Part shown: piece by piece, positions 50,161-63,471 of the stretch | How the letters are laid out: every line of letters begins with the position of its first letter | Position numbering within the stretch: position 1 is the first letter of the stretch | DNA from: Eledone cirrhosa | Taxonomy: Eukaryota | Assembly: GCA_964016885.1 (NCBI GenBank) | Contig: OZ024748.1 | Coordinates: forward strand, 1,798,001 to 1,862,000 | DNA: 64,000 nucleotides | Direction of reading: 5' to 3' | The notes under the pieces: model-generated | The model's database searches: none | The model's input: only the letters and a program-made list of their open reading frames with translations | What the model was told of the DNA's origin: nothing | Made by a program: the position numbers and the translations under genes

Positions 50161-51898
50161 ATGGCTTCTTTAGTCAACTGTAAACATCAGCAGTTGAGAA
50201 GAAGAATATGATTTAATAGTTTAAACTGTATTATTGATTATTTTCAAAATGATTTGGAAATTATAAGTAGTTTCTTTCATTAGAAGTACAGTAAAGAAAG
50301 GGTTAAAAAATTGTGTTTTTAACAGTGACTCGTTAAGGCGATCAGACACCTACATATCTTTTGGCAGGCCTTTCAAACAAAGCTGTGTACGTGCATATCA
50401 GTATGCAGAAGTGTATTCTAATGTAAAGCACTGTGTCTTTATAATCCACCAATAGATTTGCAAATCCTCCCACATTTACTGCATAGTATACAATCTCTTG
50501 TAATGAACATTGAACATTGTGACTATAGACAATTGTTAAACTGCCCCACCCCTCCATTATTATGATGATAGAAGTAAATAAGAAACTAAAAGATTTGCCT
50601 CTATGCACTGTTAACGTGTCAAAAAGAAGAATAATTCGAAAAAGAAATGGATAAAAAAAATTTCACACCAACTGATAGTTGAAAGGAGAGAGAATGTTAT
50701 GTACGCCTTCATAGTGAAAGAAAAGGTACTGATTATTTTATCAGTTAAATTGTGGATTATGATAGAATACTCCTCAGAGTATTAACAGCACTGACAAAAC
50801 AGCTTTATTTTCATGCAATGGCCAAACTTTCATATTTGTTTAAAAATGCAAATGCCAAAGGATATAAATGTTCAAAAGAGTGAAATGACAGTTCTTTGTT
50901 GTGTTAATATGAAGGGTTAGAAACAATAGTTTCTAGTGTACAAATCCTTAATGTTTTAAGGGTCTCAAAAGTTTACCTCTTCATTATTGTTTTAATGCAA
51001 ATGTATCGGATGACTCCAGATATTTTTAACAACTGGTTACTTAAGTAGGATTTGGAATTAAAGTGGAAAATGATCTTCTTGTTTGACAAATGTACAACAT
51101 ACAGAAATAATTTGTCATTAAAGAACATCAAAGTCATTTTCTTGCCTTCAACACTACATTATTAATTCAACCATGTGACCAAGGCATCATATGAGCTTTA
51201 AAGGCTTATTTATCAAAGAGAAAGTTGTACAAGAAATTTAGCCAAACTTGATGATATTCAAAGTCAATCTAATGCAAATGCAATTGTAAATGGATTACCT
51301 TTGTTGACTCATTGCTTACGCTAGCAATATGATGGAAACAAATCTCAGAGAAGAATATTTAACCCTTTATACAGATCCATATGAGCAAGACTTGATCACC
51401 TGACCTGACTTGTCTCTTACTTGTCCAACCCTTGCAAGCATGGAAAATAGATGTTAAACAACAATCATAATTTCTAATGACATACTGTATTTCAATTAAT
51501 TATTGGAGAATATGGAGGGATTTATTAAATCAATTATTTCATTATTAAGGTAGTATTTGTAACATAACTTAAAAGGCTTTTATATAAAATTATGTAGGTT
51601 TTAATTTTAATTGGAGCCTTTTTAAAATGGGTGATATTGTTTAATGGAAACAGAGCAGGTTTTGGCTGGGTTGATACCAAAAGGGTTTTTAAAAAAAGAG
51701 AATGAACCAAATTTAGAAGAAATTTAACAAGCTTCTTCAGACAGTACTCAGATATGAGAAGCTCTAGAAATACTTCTTCACGTTGTACAACATTGATCAA
51801 CAGAATTTGGAAAGAAATATGAGTATGATCAATTTATTAATGAACTACTAAATGAAAAGAGTATGCAATCAAGTATATCATATTTTCTTTTTAAATAA
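50161..51898 (+). pseudogene. Decayed Tigger/pogo-family DDE transposase, interrupted by later insertions
   Basis: Fragments with stops and frameshifts: MDKKNFTPTD, VRLHSERK, MTVLCCVNMKG, CFKGLKSLPLHY, MTPDIFNNWL, LKNIKVIFLP, IQPCDQGII*ALKAY (from 51165), and C-terminal EALEILLHVVQH*STEFGKKYEYDQFINELL. The 5' boundary is uncertain; the firm core is 50640-51350 and 51700-51898. Confidence 0.9.
51359..51689. mobile_element. piggyBac-type MITE nested in the Tigger remnant, itself carrying an RTE tail at about 51395-51470
   Basis: TTAA-CCCTTT at the left end and gataccaaaaggg at the right end (compare ggcatcaaaaggg at 45252-45264). Confidence 0.55.
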
Positions 51899-54800
51899 AG
51901 TTTTGATAATTTCCATCCAATAATTTTACCTTAATTTTTTCTAATAATGTAAAGTTGTTTACAACAATAAATATAAACTAGTTGAATTTATGGAAATTTT
52001 ATAGGATACATGATATAAAATATATACTCATGTTTAAGTAGCAACACTTAGGAAATCACCCTTATAGCAGGAATTGACCCAGCTTCAATAAAAAGCAGGA
52101 ATGGAATAGTCACTGATAACAAAAAAATATTATGATGCATAGGAATAGACATACAGTAGTGCACAAGCAGATGTAGCAATGAGCTTAGAGATACGAATGA
52201 GTGTATATAAATAAGTAAGGACATATGAAAACTGGTTGGAAGTTGTCTGGGTATACATAAATACACCACATATGCAGATGGGGGTAAACACATACTGATA
52301 CTTGTGGTAGTAGCCATATATAAAGACATGCACATGTACCCACGCACATATGCTTGTGTATATCACATACACATACATGTGAAGAACCCGCAGATACACA
52401 CTTACATAAAAAGAAAATGGAGTACCTAGAAACAAGGAATGACAGAGGGCCAATAACATTTGAGAAGGCATAAAATGTGATGGAAAAAAGTTTCACAATC
52501 AAATAACCATTTGGTTGCTAAATGGATAAGTGAATTAGTTACTTGACCGAAACTCAACTGGTGCATGTGTTTTTATTGGCAGCATGCTTGACCCTCCCAT
52601 AGTATATATATCATCATCATCACCATTTTATGTCTGTTCTTCCATGCTAGCATGGGTTAGACGGGTTCTCCTGTTGTGGGCAATGCCAGGTCAGGTGACC
52701 ATATCTTGTTCATACAGAATTGATTTTGGCTTGATTTCTGCAGCTGGATGCCCTTCCTATGTATATATATATATAGTGTCAAGAATTTTCAAAAAATAGA
52801 TCAAAGAAAAAAGCACTCTATGGATTGTTAAGACACAAAAAATATTATATGAATAAGATCTCAACACAAATGCATGCTACCTAAGGTTTCAAACTTCAAC
52901 CAGAATGGGATGTAGACATTCTGCTTTCTTTAGCTATCTTCAGTGTTGTATTAAATCATAGTTCATGATTTTTAATTCAAATCTCACCTAATTTAGCACT
53001 TATTTGTTTCAGTGTGGATATTTTTTTAACAATCCCTGTAAACATAGTTTTTTTATGCCCTTTTTTATGCCCCTTTTTATGTTTTGAACATTAGAGATTC
53101 AGAAATTTTACTTATTGTTAGATTTACAGCTGTGCCACAACAAAAAGCACCCCGTTCACCTTATAAGGTGGTAATGCTGACACCACAACAAAAAGCATGC
53201 AGTTCGCACTGTAAGGTGGTCATGCTGGTTCCACAGTAAAAAGCACCCAGTCATCATAATGTAGCATCATAATATGACAACCCATCTAACCCATCCATGG
53301 AAAATAGATGTTAAACGGTGATGATAATGATGTGTGCATTCATAAATATAAAACGATTTTTTCTTATATACAATTATATTTCATTTGCATTTGAAGTGTA
53401 TGAATATATTTTGTTTGTATTTGTAGTTAAAGTTTCACTTTTAATAAATTGAAAAAACAGTATTTAAAAGCTTTCATTATCGAATACACATTAGTTTCAT
53501 TATTGCAAGATATTCCTGTTCTTTATCCATTTAATGAATATATAAATACATTTATATATCATTGGTTTGAGATTCTTTTTTTTTTTAAATAAAAGTACTT
53601 TTCATATTATTTAAAAGAAAAAAAAATAAAAAAAAACATTTCCTTGCAGATTCAGAATCTCTGGTGTTCAAAACAAAAAATTTGATGACAGCATTTTTAA
53701 TTAAAAAAAAGGTTTAATAAAAAAAAGTTGGAGGGGAGAGATTTAAAAATTATACTTAAGCGGATAAATTGCGGTAGTTTTTAAATTTTTTTTTTTTTTA
53801 GAATTTGATAGAACAACGTTCAAAATTAAAATTTGTTTATTAAATTGCTTTTAAAAATATAAATTTTAGTCCAATAAAGAAAACATATATATAACCCAAA
53901 GTAATATTAAAATTGTTTAAAACATACCATACATAACTTTAAATGAAATTGTGTTACATATATACATGTATATCATCATTACCATCATTATACATCTACT
54001 TTCTATGCTGGCATATGCTGGATGAGTTATGTTACAAGAGTAGATGGGTTGTCAGGACCACGTTTTGCTCATATGTTCCATTTTATGCATGATTTTTATA
54101 GTAGGATGGCCTTTCTAATGCCAACCACTTTACAGAGTGTACCAAATACACTCTGTAAGGTGTATGAGATACTACTCACTGATTAGCATATTGGCTTAAA
54201 CTTAATTAGTTTTACTGAAAAATATACTTAGCTGCGATCTTTAAAGAGAACTTAAGGTTAGATTTCCCAACAGGGCATTATTTCATTTAGCTTTGATACT
54301 TCATCATCATTTTAATGTTTTTTCCATGCTGGCATGGGCTAGATGGGACTTTTTGAGTCAATACTTATGGTGTCAGTTTCCTTGAGAGAGACACATTTAA
54401 GGAATTTCTTCTTGACTCCAGGTGACTCTGTCTATGTGCTGCTGCCACTGCTCAACAATTCTATTCATCCTACTTGGTAAATAAGTATCACTTTCACTTT
54501 ATATTCTATGTATATTGGCATGGCTCTCAAGTTAGAAAGTTCACTTTTTATTTTATCTCTATAGTCTTGGCTCACTAGTTAAAGTGCATTTCACTATCAT
54601 GAGATCCTGCATCACTGAATGACATCTTTTACCAGACTTCAGATTAACCCAAATCTTGCAAGTGAAATGGGTAGACAAAAACTATGTGGCAGCCCATTAG
54701 ATAGATTGTATTTGTAATTCAAATGTTGTGCCAATTCAATCTGAGAATGACATTAACAGTGTACATGTCTGTGGAATACTCAACCACAAATGTAATGAAT

Positions 54801-54920
54801 AGGTAGTTCAGTTGATCAAGCAACTGAATGCTTATTGTCGAAACCGATGTATGACATATCGTTTTAGTAGTTGTCATTTAAAAGTGCATCCAGTTGTTCA
54901 AATTTTATACACCATCACTC

Positions 54921-54969
<49 letters not shown>

Positions 54970-55469
54970 GTAAATATCTGAACAACTAACTTGATAATAT
55001 AGAAAAAGTGTGTAAAATAATTAAAAATATGTTTGTATATGTGTGTATGTTTGTATATGTGTGTATGTATGTATGTATGTATGTATGTATGCACATGTAC
55101 TTTATTTTGTAATAAATATTGAACTTGTTGGTTGTTTCATTTTTTCTTTTTTGACAAGTATTTCGTATAGTGGTTAAAATTGGTCTGTCTATTAGCTTTG
55201 TCTTTCGTAATATTTATATATTTTCTATGCATTGATAAAAACAAAGCAGAAGAGAGGTTAATAGTCTAATCAATATTTACTATCCTAGTAGTAACTCATC
55301 TCTAAAGTATAGACATTTAAGTATTTCTCGATATTTATGTGACATTTCTCAACAGATTTATGAAGCAATTTAGTTAAACATACTTCATAATATAGGAAAC
55401 ATTTGTAACTAAAAGAAAAAAAACAAAACACAACAAATGTATTGATGCTGTATTTTAGTGATATTTAGC

Positions 55470-55860
55470 TATTGGTTGTGGAGGATCTGCTCGGACTGGA
55501 AAGAAATTAGTTATGCATGATTTGTTGTTGAAGGTGCAGTGATGATTTGAATAGAAACTAAGGTGTAAATGAAGCTAAGAGAGTAACATGGTGTTAAAGG
55601 GATCTTCTCACAGGTTCAAGAAAGATACTTGCAATGAATATGTCCAGCCTGGTTGAAAAGGTGCTCTGCTGATTGTGGAAAGTACATATGGAAGAGGAAG
55701 ATCAAGGAGTTCATAGAAAGCTCTGGGGAGATTGAATCTTAAAATGGTAGACTTTGATGAAAGATACAGTCTTGAAAGGAATGGTAATATACTGTACTGA
55801 GTATTTATCCAACTCACAATGAGAAGGAAAGTCAGTATTAATATAATAATGATGATGATA
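55470..55860 (+). mobile_element. Old RTE LINE 3' fragment
   Basis: VEDLLGLERN*LCMI resembles VEDLRRLERNEACML; IVESTYGRGRSR resembles the GRPKKTW region; ends in gatgatgat. Confidence 0.75.
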
Positions 55861-58324
55861 CTAAAATGTTCATTCTACTTGCTTCCATAACTTTGAACTT
55901 TAGCTATTGAATCTAGAGTCAAATCAAATTTATATTATATAGGTTAGTAACACAACTTATTTTACTTACCGAAACCTTCATAGCAGCAAGATGTATAAGC
56001 CTAATTTCATAAATTTGTAAACCTGCAAAATCTATGAGTATAGAAAAGAAATCATTGAGGGTGGTGGAATGTCAGAATTGTTAGAGCTTCATACAGAATA
56101 ACTTCCTGTATGTTTCTCTCTTTGCAATGACTTATTTCTCCATGATGTTTATTCATTTGTTCTGTATTTCTGGAGTTTAACAGTAACACTTATTTGAATA
56201 TGGCACAAATGTTTAGATCCACCTGGAATATTTTTGAAATAATTATATCTGCATTCTATAGAGTTATTACCATGTTGTTGTATTCAAAGATTACTGTGCT
56301 GTCTTAGATTATGTTGTGGTATGTTATAATAATGTCAAATACTATAACAAGTGTTGTTGTTGTTGCACTTTTACAGTATGCTACACTTTAAATTTGAGGT
56401 ATTGCATTACTGATAGAAGAATATGTCACAGTATTTTGCATACATCTTGTACTCCTTTATGAAGACTGCTAGTTGAAATAACCTTTGTATGGTCATGCTG
56501 TATCTAGTTTATAGTCCTGTACAACCTGTTTTGATATATTCAAAGGTTTCATGCTAATTCCATCACATAACAAGCAACGTGAACTTCAGTTAATATATAT
56601 TCTAGATTGAATACTGTTATTGTATCAAATCTTTAAATAAGATGCAGCTAGTTTTATTAAGCTTAATAATGTTCCAGATTATTAATCTCATCACTGTATT
56701 TCAATTGATCTCCAATCATCTCCAGATGTCTTAATCCTAATATCCATATATTCTCATCGTGGATTTGAAGTAGAACCCTACATTCATTACGAAACTAAAA
56801 GTTGTAATGTGTCCTGATCCACCAAGACCCTGATTCATGTGTTTTGATAGCTAATTGTTTTGTAATTTAACCTAAAATCATCCCCAAACAGGCAGACTGC
56901 TTAAAATAATTGTATTGTATTCTACGCAATACCTATAACCATGATTGCTTTAGATTTCTTTTTTATAAAGAAAACCCTACTCCTGTTCTTTAACTAAAAT
57001 GTTACATACAGATAGTATTAGTTAGCCATAAAAATAGGTATACCAACAATTGAGATGCACATAACCCGACATGCTAACATAGAACAATGGATGCAACAAA
57101 CAAAACAAAAAAAAAAGAAAAGGAAAAAGAAAGCTTTGAGGCTATTATATGACCAATTCCAGTCTGCTGGCAAGATTTCATTCTGTTCATTGAACTAGAT
57201 AATGAAAGTCACGTACAATGTAGAAATAACCTCTAACCTTCTAGACACTAAGTTATCAACCGAAATCAAGTTGGGATTTTAGAAAGAGTGAATCAATAAG
57301 GATGCATTTAAAGCTTTTCTCTTCTACTTCCCACACAGACATCAAGAAGTCGTCATTATATAAATATGATTAATACAGATGGGTGTGCCAGTTTGTAATC
57401 CCTGCTTCTTCTTGTTCAATCTCATCTGTTTTTATTTTTTTTTTTTTTCTACAATTGCAGATAAGAATATGAAAAGAATATCAGAGCGATTGAGTATTTG
57501 CATTGGTAGGATGAAAGAGGGGGAGATGACGTGTGTGAACGAGTGTATGTGTGATGTATAGTGAAGTTTATCATCTGAGCTATAAAGAAAGAGTTGGGAA
57601 GAAAAGTCAAATATGTTGAAGTATTATGTTTTCAGAACAACAAAATAGTTTAAAGGGACCAAACTGATATATTCTCATACATATGACGTGGTTATTACAG
57701 CTCGGCAGTAACATTGAGAAGGATGTATTATAGAAGAATTTTATTATTTTCAACTAGCATAGTACCCATCAAAAACGTGACTCTTGTGTTTTATTGTATG
57801 ATAGGTTAAGCAACACTTCCTTCAACTCTATGTAGATGTCTTTATATGCAAGGATCCAAACTAGCCACTCAAGTAATAGTGGTCTGGAAGAAGAGCAGTG
57901 CCCTTTGCCTTCACAGGTCTTCTAAAACCAGAGAGATTTATGCTGTTGATGTTTTGCTTAAACTCTTGCAAGTCAACTTGGGTAAATGTTCTGAGCAGAA
58001 CAGACTGGGTATAGTGGTCAGTGCAGAGCCTAATGGGGGCTGGACACAATATGGGTGGTGGAAGGAGAAGAGACAAGTGAGTTGAGATTGCCTGAATGGA
58101 AATGGTAGGAGACTAGCCAGCCAGCTAGCCAACTCTAAGTTAGCAGTAGTAGTTCTTATTGTTGTTTGGTCTCATCAAAGTTGTGTCATTACAAATAAAT
58201 AGATTTCAATAATGATTAAGTATTCTTGGTCACAAAACAACACGAGTATCAATAATGCAATAGACTAATGTGATCATTAGAGTTTAGCAAGCTAGGTTTT
58301 ATCCTATTTTTGGTGAATTCATTA

Positions 58325-58860
58325 AAGTAGACAGACAGATTGATAGACAAATAGCTAGTTAGCCAACGTCACAACAGATAGATCGACAGCTACATAGACA
58401 AATATGATAGATAGACATACAGAAAATGAGATAGATTGATACACAGACACTAAGATAGACAGAAAGACTGATAGATAGATAGATAAATAGATAGACAGAA
58501 AGACTGATAGATAGATAGATAAATAGATAGACAATATGATGATAGATAGATAGACAATTAGATAGACAGATAGACAGGCAATAAGATAGACAGAAATTGA
58601 GGTAGTTTGATAGACAGATAGATAGACAATAAGATACGAGATAGATAGATAAACTATATGATAGAGGATTTAGATAGATAAGTAGAGATGCAATATTATA
58701 GGAAATAAATATATAGACAGATAATATACAACAATATAGATAGATAGTCAGATACAATAGAATAGACAATAAAATAGAAAGATATATAATTATAGTGAAG
58801 CATATGGACAGTCAGATAGCTATGGAAGAGAGACAGAAAAGATTTGAGAGATATAAATAT
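58325..58860. repeat. Degenerate (GATA)n/(GACA)n tetranucleotide tract
   Basis: Read directly. Confidence 0.93.
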
Positions 58861-60604
58861 AAACAAATAAACTAAAAAAACAAAACCAACAACAAAATAA
58901 TGACATTTCATTCACTGACGCTATGCCAATCTGTAACTTGTTTCATTATTTTAATTTCTCCATAGTAGTTGCATTATTACGATTAATATCTTGTGGAGTT
59001 ATGGTGAACAGATGTTGTTGTGTGTAGGACAGATCCTGTTATTGGTTGAGTCCATTAAAAAGATCCCCCCCCACCCAACCCACACACACCCCAGAACCAA
59101 CACCAACACCACTTTTCTTTGGCCATGAAAGGAAGCTAAATGTATGATTCCTTGCATGAAAATATTTCAGGGATGGATTTACAAACTAGTTAAGTGGAAA
59201 CTGACGAGAACCATCATCAACACTTAATGAGAAAAATTACCAAAGAAATAGTGATAGAAAACAGCAGAATAGAGGAAGAATTTGTCAATTGATTGGAAGA
59301 GACACATAGAAGAGGTATTCGAAACAATGTACTATTAATGAGATTGGTCTTTGACAATCTTTTTCACATGAAGCATGAAGGATGCTTTGTTTATCTCCAT
59401 TTCTTGTCAACTCCCACCTTCAAGGGGTTGTTTTTACCATCATTATACCATATCGTTCTATGAACACATTTTTAACTTAGACTAGCTTTTTAATAATTTA
59501 AAAAAAATATCAATCTGTCATTTCAATCATTGTTCAGTTGGCATCCTTAAAGACCGAAAACTGTTTTTTGTTTTGCTCATATTTTGAAACTATTTATATC
59601 AGCTTTCCATTAATCTTTACTTGATAGATAACTTTACAGTCCTACAGTTGATATTCTATAACAGTTTTAATTATTACTGTTATTGTTAAAAGGGTTGAAG
59701 GAAGAGCAACTGGCTGTAAGACATTGTTACAAACCCTCCTCACCCATCCATGCCAGCATAGAAAAGTAGGAATAAAAACAAAGATGATGACAATGATGAT
59801 AATGCTCATATCATTGTTCTACTGGTTTTATATTGCTAGATATCAATCTATATCCCATAGCCTAATGTATATCTAACACCTTTCATATTGTTCTTGTTAT
59901 ACTAGCAAACAAACTTTCTGTAGAGTCACGAAATTCACCTCTTTATCTAACATCTTGAACTAACCAACTTGTTACCATCCCTAAGGTTCTTATTACTATT
60001 GTGATGAGTTTTTTTTAACAGTAATTCCAAATTCTTTTGATTTCGTATTTTAAATCTTCGGATTTTTATATATTCTCATGTTCTTTGTCAACCACTCATT
60101 ATTTATATTTATTTATTTATCTATTTATTTTTATTAGTATGATGATTCTTCTTATTATGGTTTGTCTGCTACATTATACACTGCACTCCTTCCTTCACAG
60201 CATAGTATTGCTTAATTTGAAACCAGAGTAAATCTATATAGGACTAGATTTAATATTAAGAATTCTTATTAATCATATTTCGTTTGTTGTATCAATATAC
60301 CTAATGTAAGAAGTAGAATTGTAGACAAGTGTGACTCTAAGAGATAGAAATATATAGTTCCAAGCTGGAATATTATTAGATTTCTTGAAATACACTTTAT
60401 ATGAAATGCTCACTAATTAATCAACTATACTTTTGATTTTCTTTTATTGTTTTTAAACCAATCAGTGAGTAATTTTCTTTAAAGAAAACATCAAAACACA
60501 TTAGTTAATTTGTGTTTAGGTTTTTATACAGGTAAAAATAATGTTAATGACTTTAAAAACTTTTAATGGACATGACTCTTCAAAAATCTTGAAGCTAATC
60601 CACT

Positions 60605-60857
60605 TTAAACCCTTTTGGTAACAACCTACCACAAGTTATCTCTGGTTTATGGATACAAAACTTCTCATTTTAAAGGGTTCCTGTTTAAATTTTAATTTTC
60701 CAACTTAACATATGGTTTTTAAATAAAATTAAGTTATGTTACAAATATTATCTAAGTAATGAAATGATTAATAATTTGAGTAAATCTCTTTGAATGTTTA
60801 ATTAATTAGTAAAAAATAGAATGTATTTTATTAGAAATATAGTCATGAAAAAGTTAA
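60605..60857. mobile_element. piggyBac-type MITE, degraded
   Basis: ttaaacccttttggta ... gtattttattagaaatatagtcatgaaaaagttaa; same internal motif as 30701-30952. Confidence 0.6.
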
Positions 60858-62169
60858 AGTACTGTTCACATATATGGGTTAGTGCTGCTGTTAGACACAC
60901 ATCCAACATCCTAGACTGCATTGAAAAGAAGGAAAATGACTGTCATTATATCTAGAAGCTGATAGACATGTCTATATCTTCTTACTTCCTTTTTTACAGC
61001 TGTTAAAAGAGCTTCTTCTTCCTTGAATTAGCAAGCTGCATGCTACCTTCACTGAAGCCTACCTGATACACCCATCTCTTCTTTCTTCATCTTTCCTATT
61101 GTATTTTACACTTCATTACCCCACACTTTACCCTAATCAATGAGATGCAGTCCTCTGGAATTCCCTCCCCAATTCATGTTTTTTCCTGCAGATATTGAAT
61201 ATAGAAATTCAAGCTGAGCATCGACCACATCGATTTGATGAGTAGTGGTGGTGGTGGTGGTAGATAACTACAAACATTATGGGTGTCACTCTACTTTTTT
61301 AATAATTAATATATAATATATATTTGTTCTTTTTTCAAGAAGGATATATAAATCCAACATATCAAATAATGTTGTTTATATTTTCCTGGCCTATTTTAGT
61401 GTCACTGTTAGTTCTCAACCTTTCATGAAATTGTTAGATGTGGCCTGGGAGTAATATAATAACTAAACCTGTAACATGTAGCTATAACACTGGTAATGAA
61501 AAAGATGCATACGTCCCACCTGTGATGGAAATTATGGAAATGTCACAAACACATTGTCACGGTGAATATTGAAAAAAAAAAGAAAGAAAAAACAAAACCC
61601 TGTATCTTACAGGTAGGTTTGCTTTATGTGTAGTCTCAATCATAATTCTCAGCATGAGATAGAATATCTGTAGAAATCCCCACTGCTAAAAAAGAACAAA
61701 AAACAAAACAAACAAACAAAACCCTGAACAAAAACAAACAAATTAAATTGCATATTGATCAGCTGTTGATGCTTCTAAAAGAAAGAATTTAGAATTGTTA
61801 TTATATCTCAAGATACTTCATGAGATTTTACAATCTAAATTAATATTAAAAATACAAGAATGAAAAATTAAGAAATTTAAAGCAAAGCTTATAATCTTGT
61901 ATGCCTTAGTCTTCCTGTTGAATTTCTCTATCAATAGAAAGAGCATGTAACATTAAAAAAGATAGACTAACAAAATACAGTAATTTTATGAGCACTATAT
62001 CAATATGGATGTACACATGGCTGAGTGGTTAAGAAGTTCACTTTGCATTGTGAGGATGAGGAAAATATATATATAAAGAATGGTGTGATCATGTGAAGAG
62101 ATGCTATAAAATAGCTTATGAAATAGTGAAGACCCTTAAAGACAGAAAAAGAAGTTGCCATTCCCCATT

Positions 62170-62217
62170 ATAAGGAATCAAACCCCATATCTCCCAGATA
62201 CCGGCTAGGTGCTTTAT
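62170..62217 (-). mobile_element. tRNA-like SINE head fragment
   Basis: Minus strand taaagcacctagccggtatctgggagatatggggtttgattcctt resembles a tRNA anticodon arm plus B box; no complete cloverleaf. Confidence 0.4.
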
Positions 62218-62997
62218 ATGTTGTCATCATTAATTTTATGTTTTCTTTTCCATGCTTACCACTTGTATTCTTTTGTCTTTTTCTCTCTGGGTTTGAGACA
62301 TTTTCCTAAAGGTACTTTGCAATGATGTGATTCCAGGTTTGATCCCAGTGCAAAGTGAACTTGCTAACCACACAGCACCTTTTTCACATATTAAGTTTAC
62401 TGTGGAGATAATCTCATTATTTAAATATAAAATAACTCAGCCTTCATAACGATAATTAAACAATCAGATATTGGAAATATATCTATTATTTAGGGTGAAA
62501 TAAATTGTGTACATCACATGAAGCTGAGATTTATGATACCAGACACTGTGCTTAATAATTATTTGGTTCTGAATTAATTTTTTAATGATTATTGATTGTT
62601 ATTTAATGTTTAAAGGATTTGAATTCAGAATGCAAAGAGTTGAAGCAAATAATGCAAGGTATCTCATGTGCTCTAATTATTTTATCAATTCCCTGCTCTG
62701 GACTGTTATCTAATTTTATCATACAGTTGACTTCAACTTAGAGCACATAGGACTTGAATAAATACAAGAAATTTTAATCTATGCTGTAACAACTCTGCTA
62801 ATTCACTGCCTGTTAATAATCTTGTTATTGGAGTGTCATATGTATACAAGCTTTTAATTTTAGGTAAATGCTTATAGATACTTCTTTTATAACATGATAT
62901 TGCAGGGATATATTTTTTTCTATGTCCAGGCCAAGCCACTATCGACAAGTTTCATAGGTTTGTTATCACTACTCAATTACACTGACTTGTCCTTGAT

Positions 62998-63471
62998 TAG
63001 TGGTTCCTAAACTTATTTAATAACTTGCCCAAAAATGCAGAACCCACATTTACATTTTACAATCCCCAACATTCTAATTTTAATAAGACATAAAATAAAA
63101 ATGTTTTAAAAAGAGAATTTAGTCATATAAAAGATAAAAAAAACAAACATCTAATACAATTTTATTAAATTTCATTAGTTCTTAACAACTTTTAATGATT
63201 TAGTAGAAAATATTTAAAAGCAGGTTTGTTAATTCAAATGTTTATAGCATCTTTATTAGTGGACAGATTGTGCACAAATTTGCAGTAAAATAAAGTATAC
63301 ACTTCAATTTTTAATGTGATGCACCATAATGCTGATTTGTACTTTTCAAAAGTCTTGCTAATGCATTGTTTTGTTAAGAATTAAAACACACCGTATCTTT
63401 CAAAAACCCTTAGATTTTGTTTTTGCTGAGCCCCAGAATATTTTCAAGAGAATTCACTTTGAGGAACACTG
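62998..63471. mobile_element. hAT (Charlie-like) MITE
   Basis: Ends tagtggttcctaaac ... ctttgaggaacactg; the 8 bp flanks tccttgat and ccctagat match at 6 of 8, consistent with a decayed hAT TSD. Confidence 0.55.

Noticed and set aside
57846-58132. Overlapping ORFs in a GC-richer island
   Set aside because: No motif recognised on either strand; probably a decayed element, but I cannot support a call.
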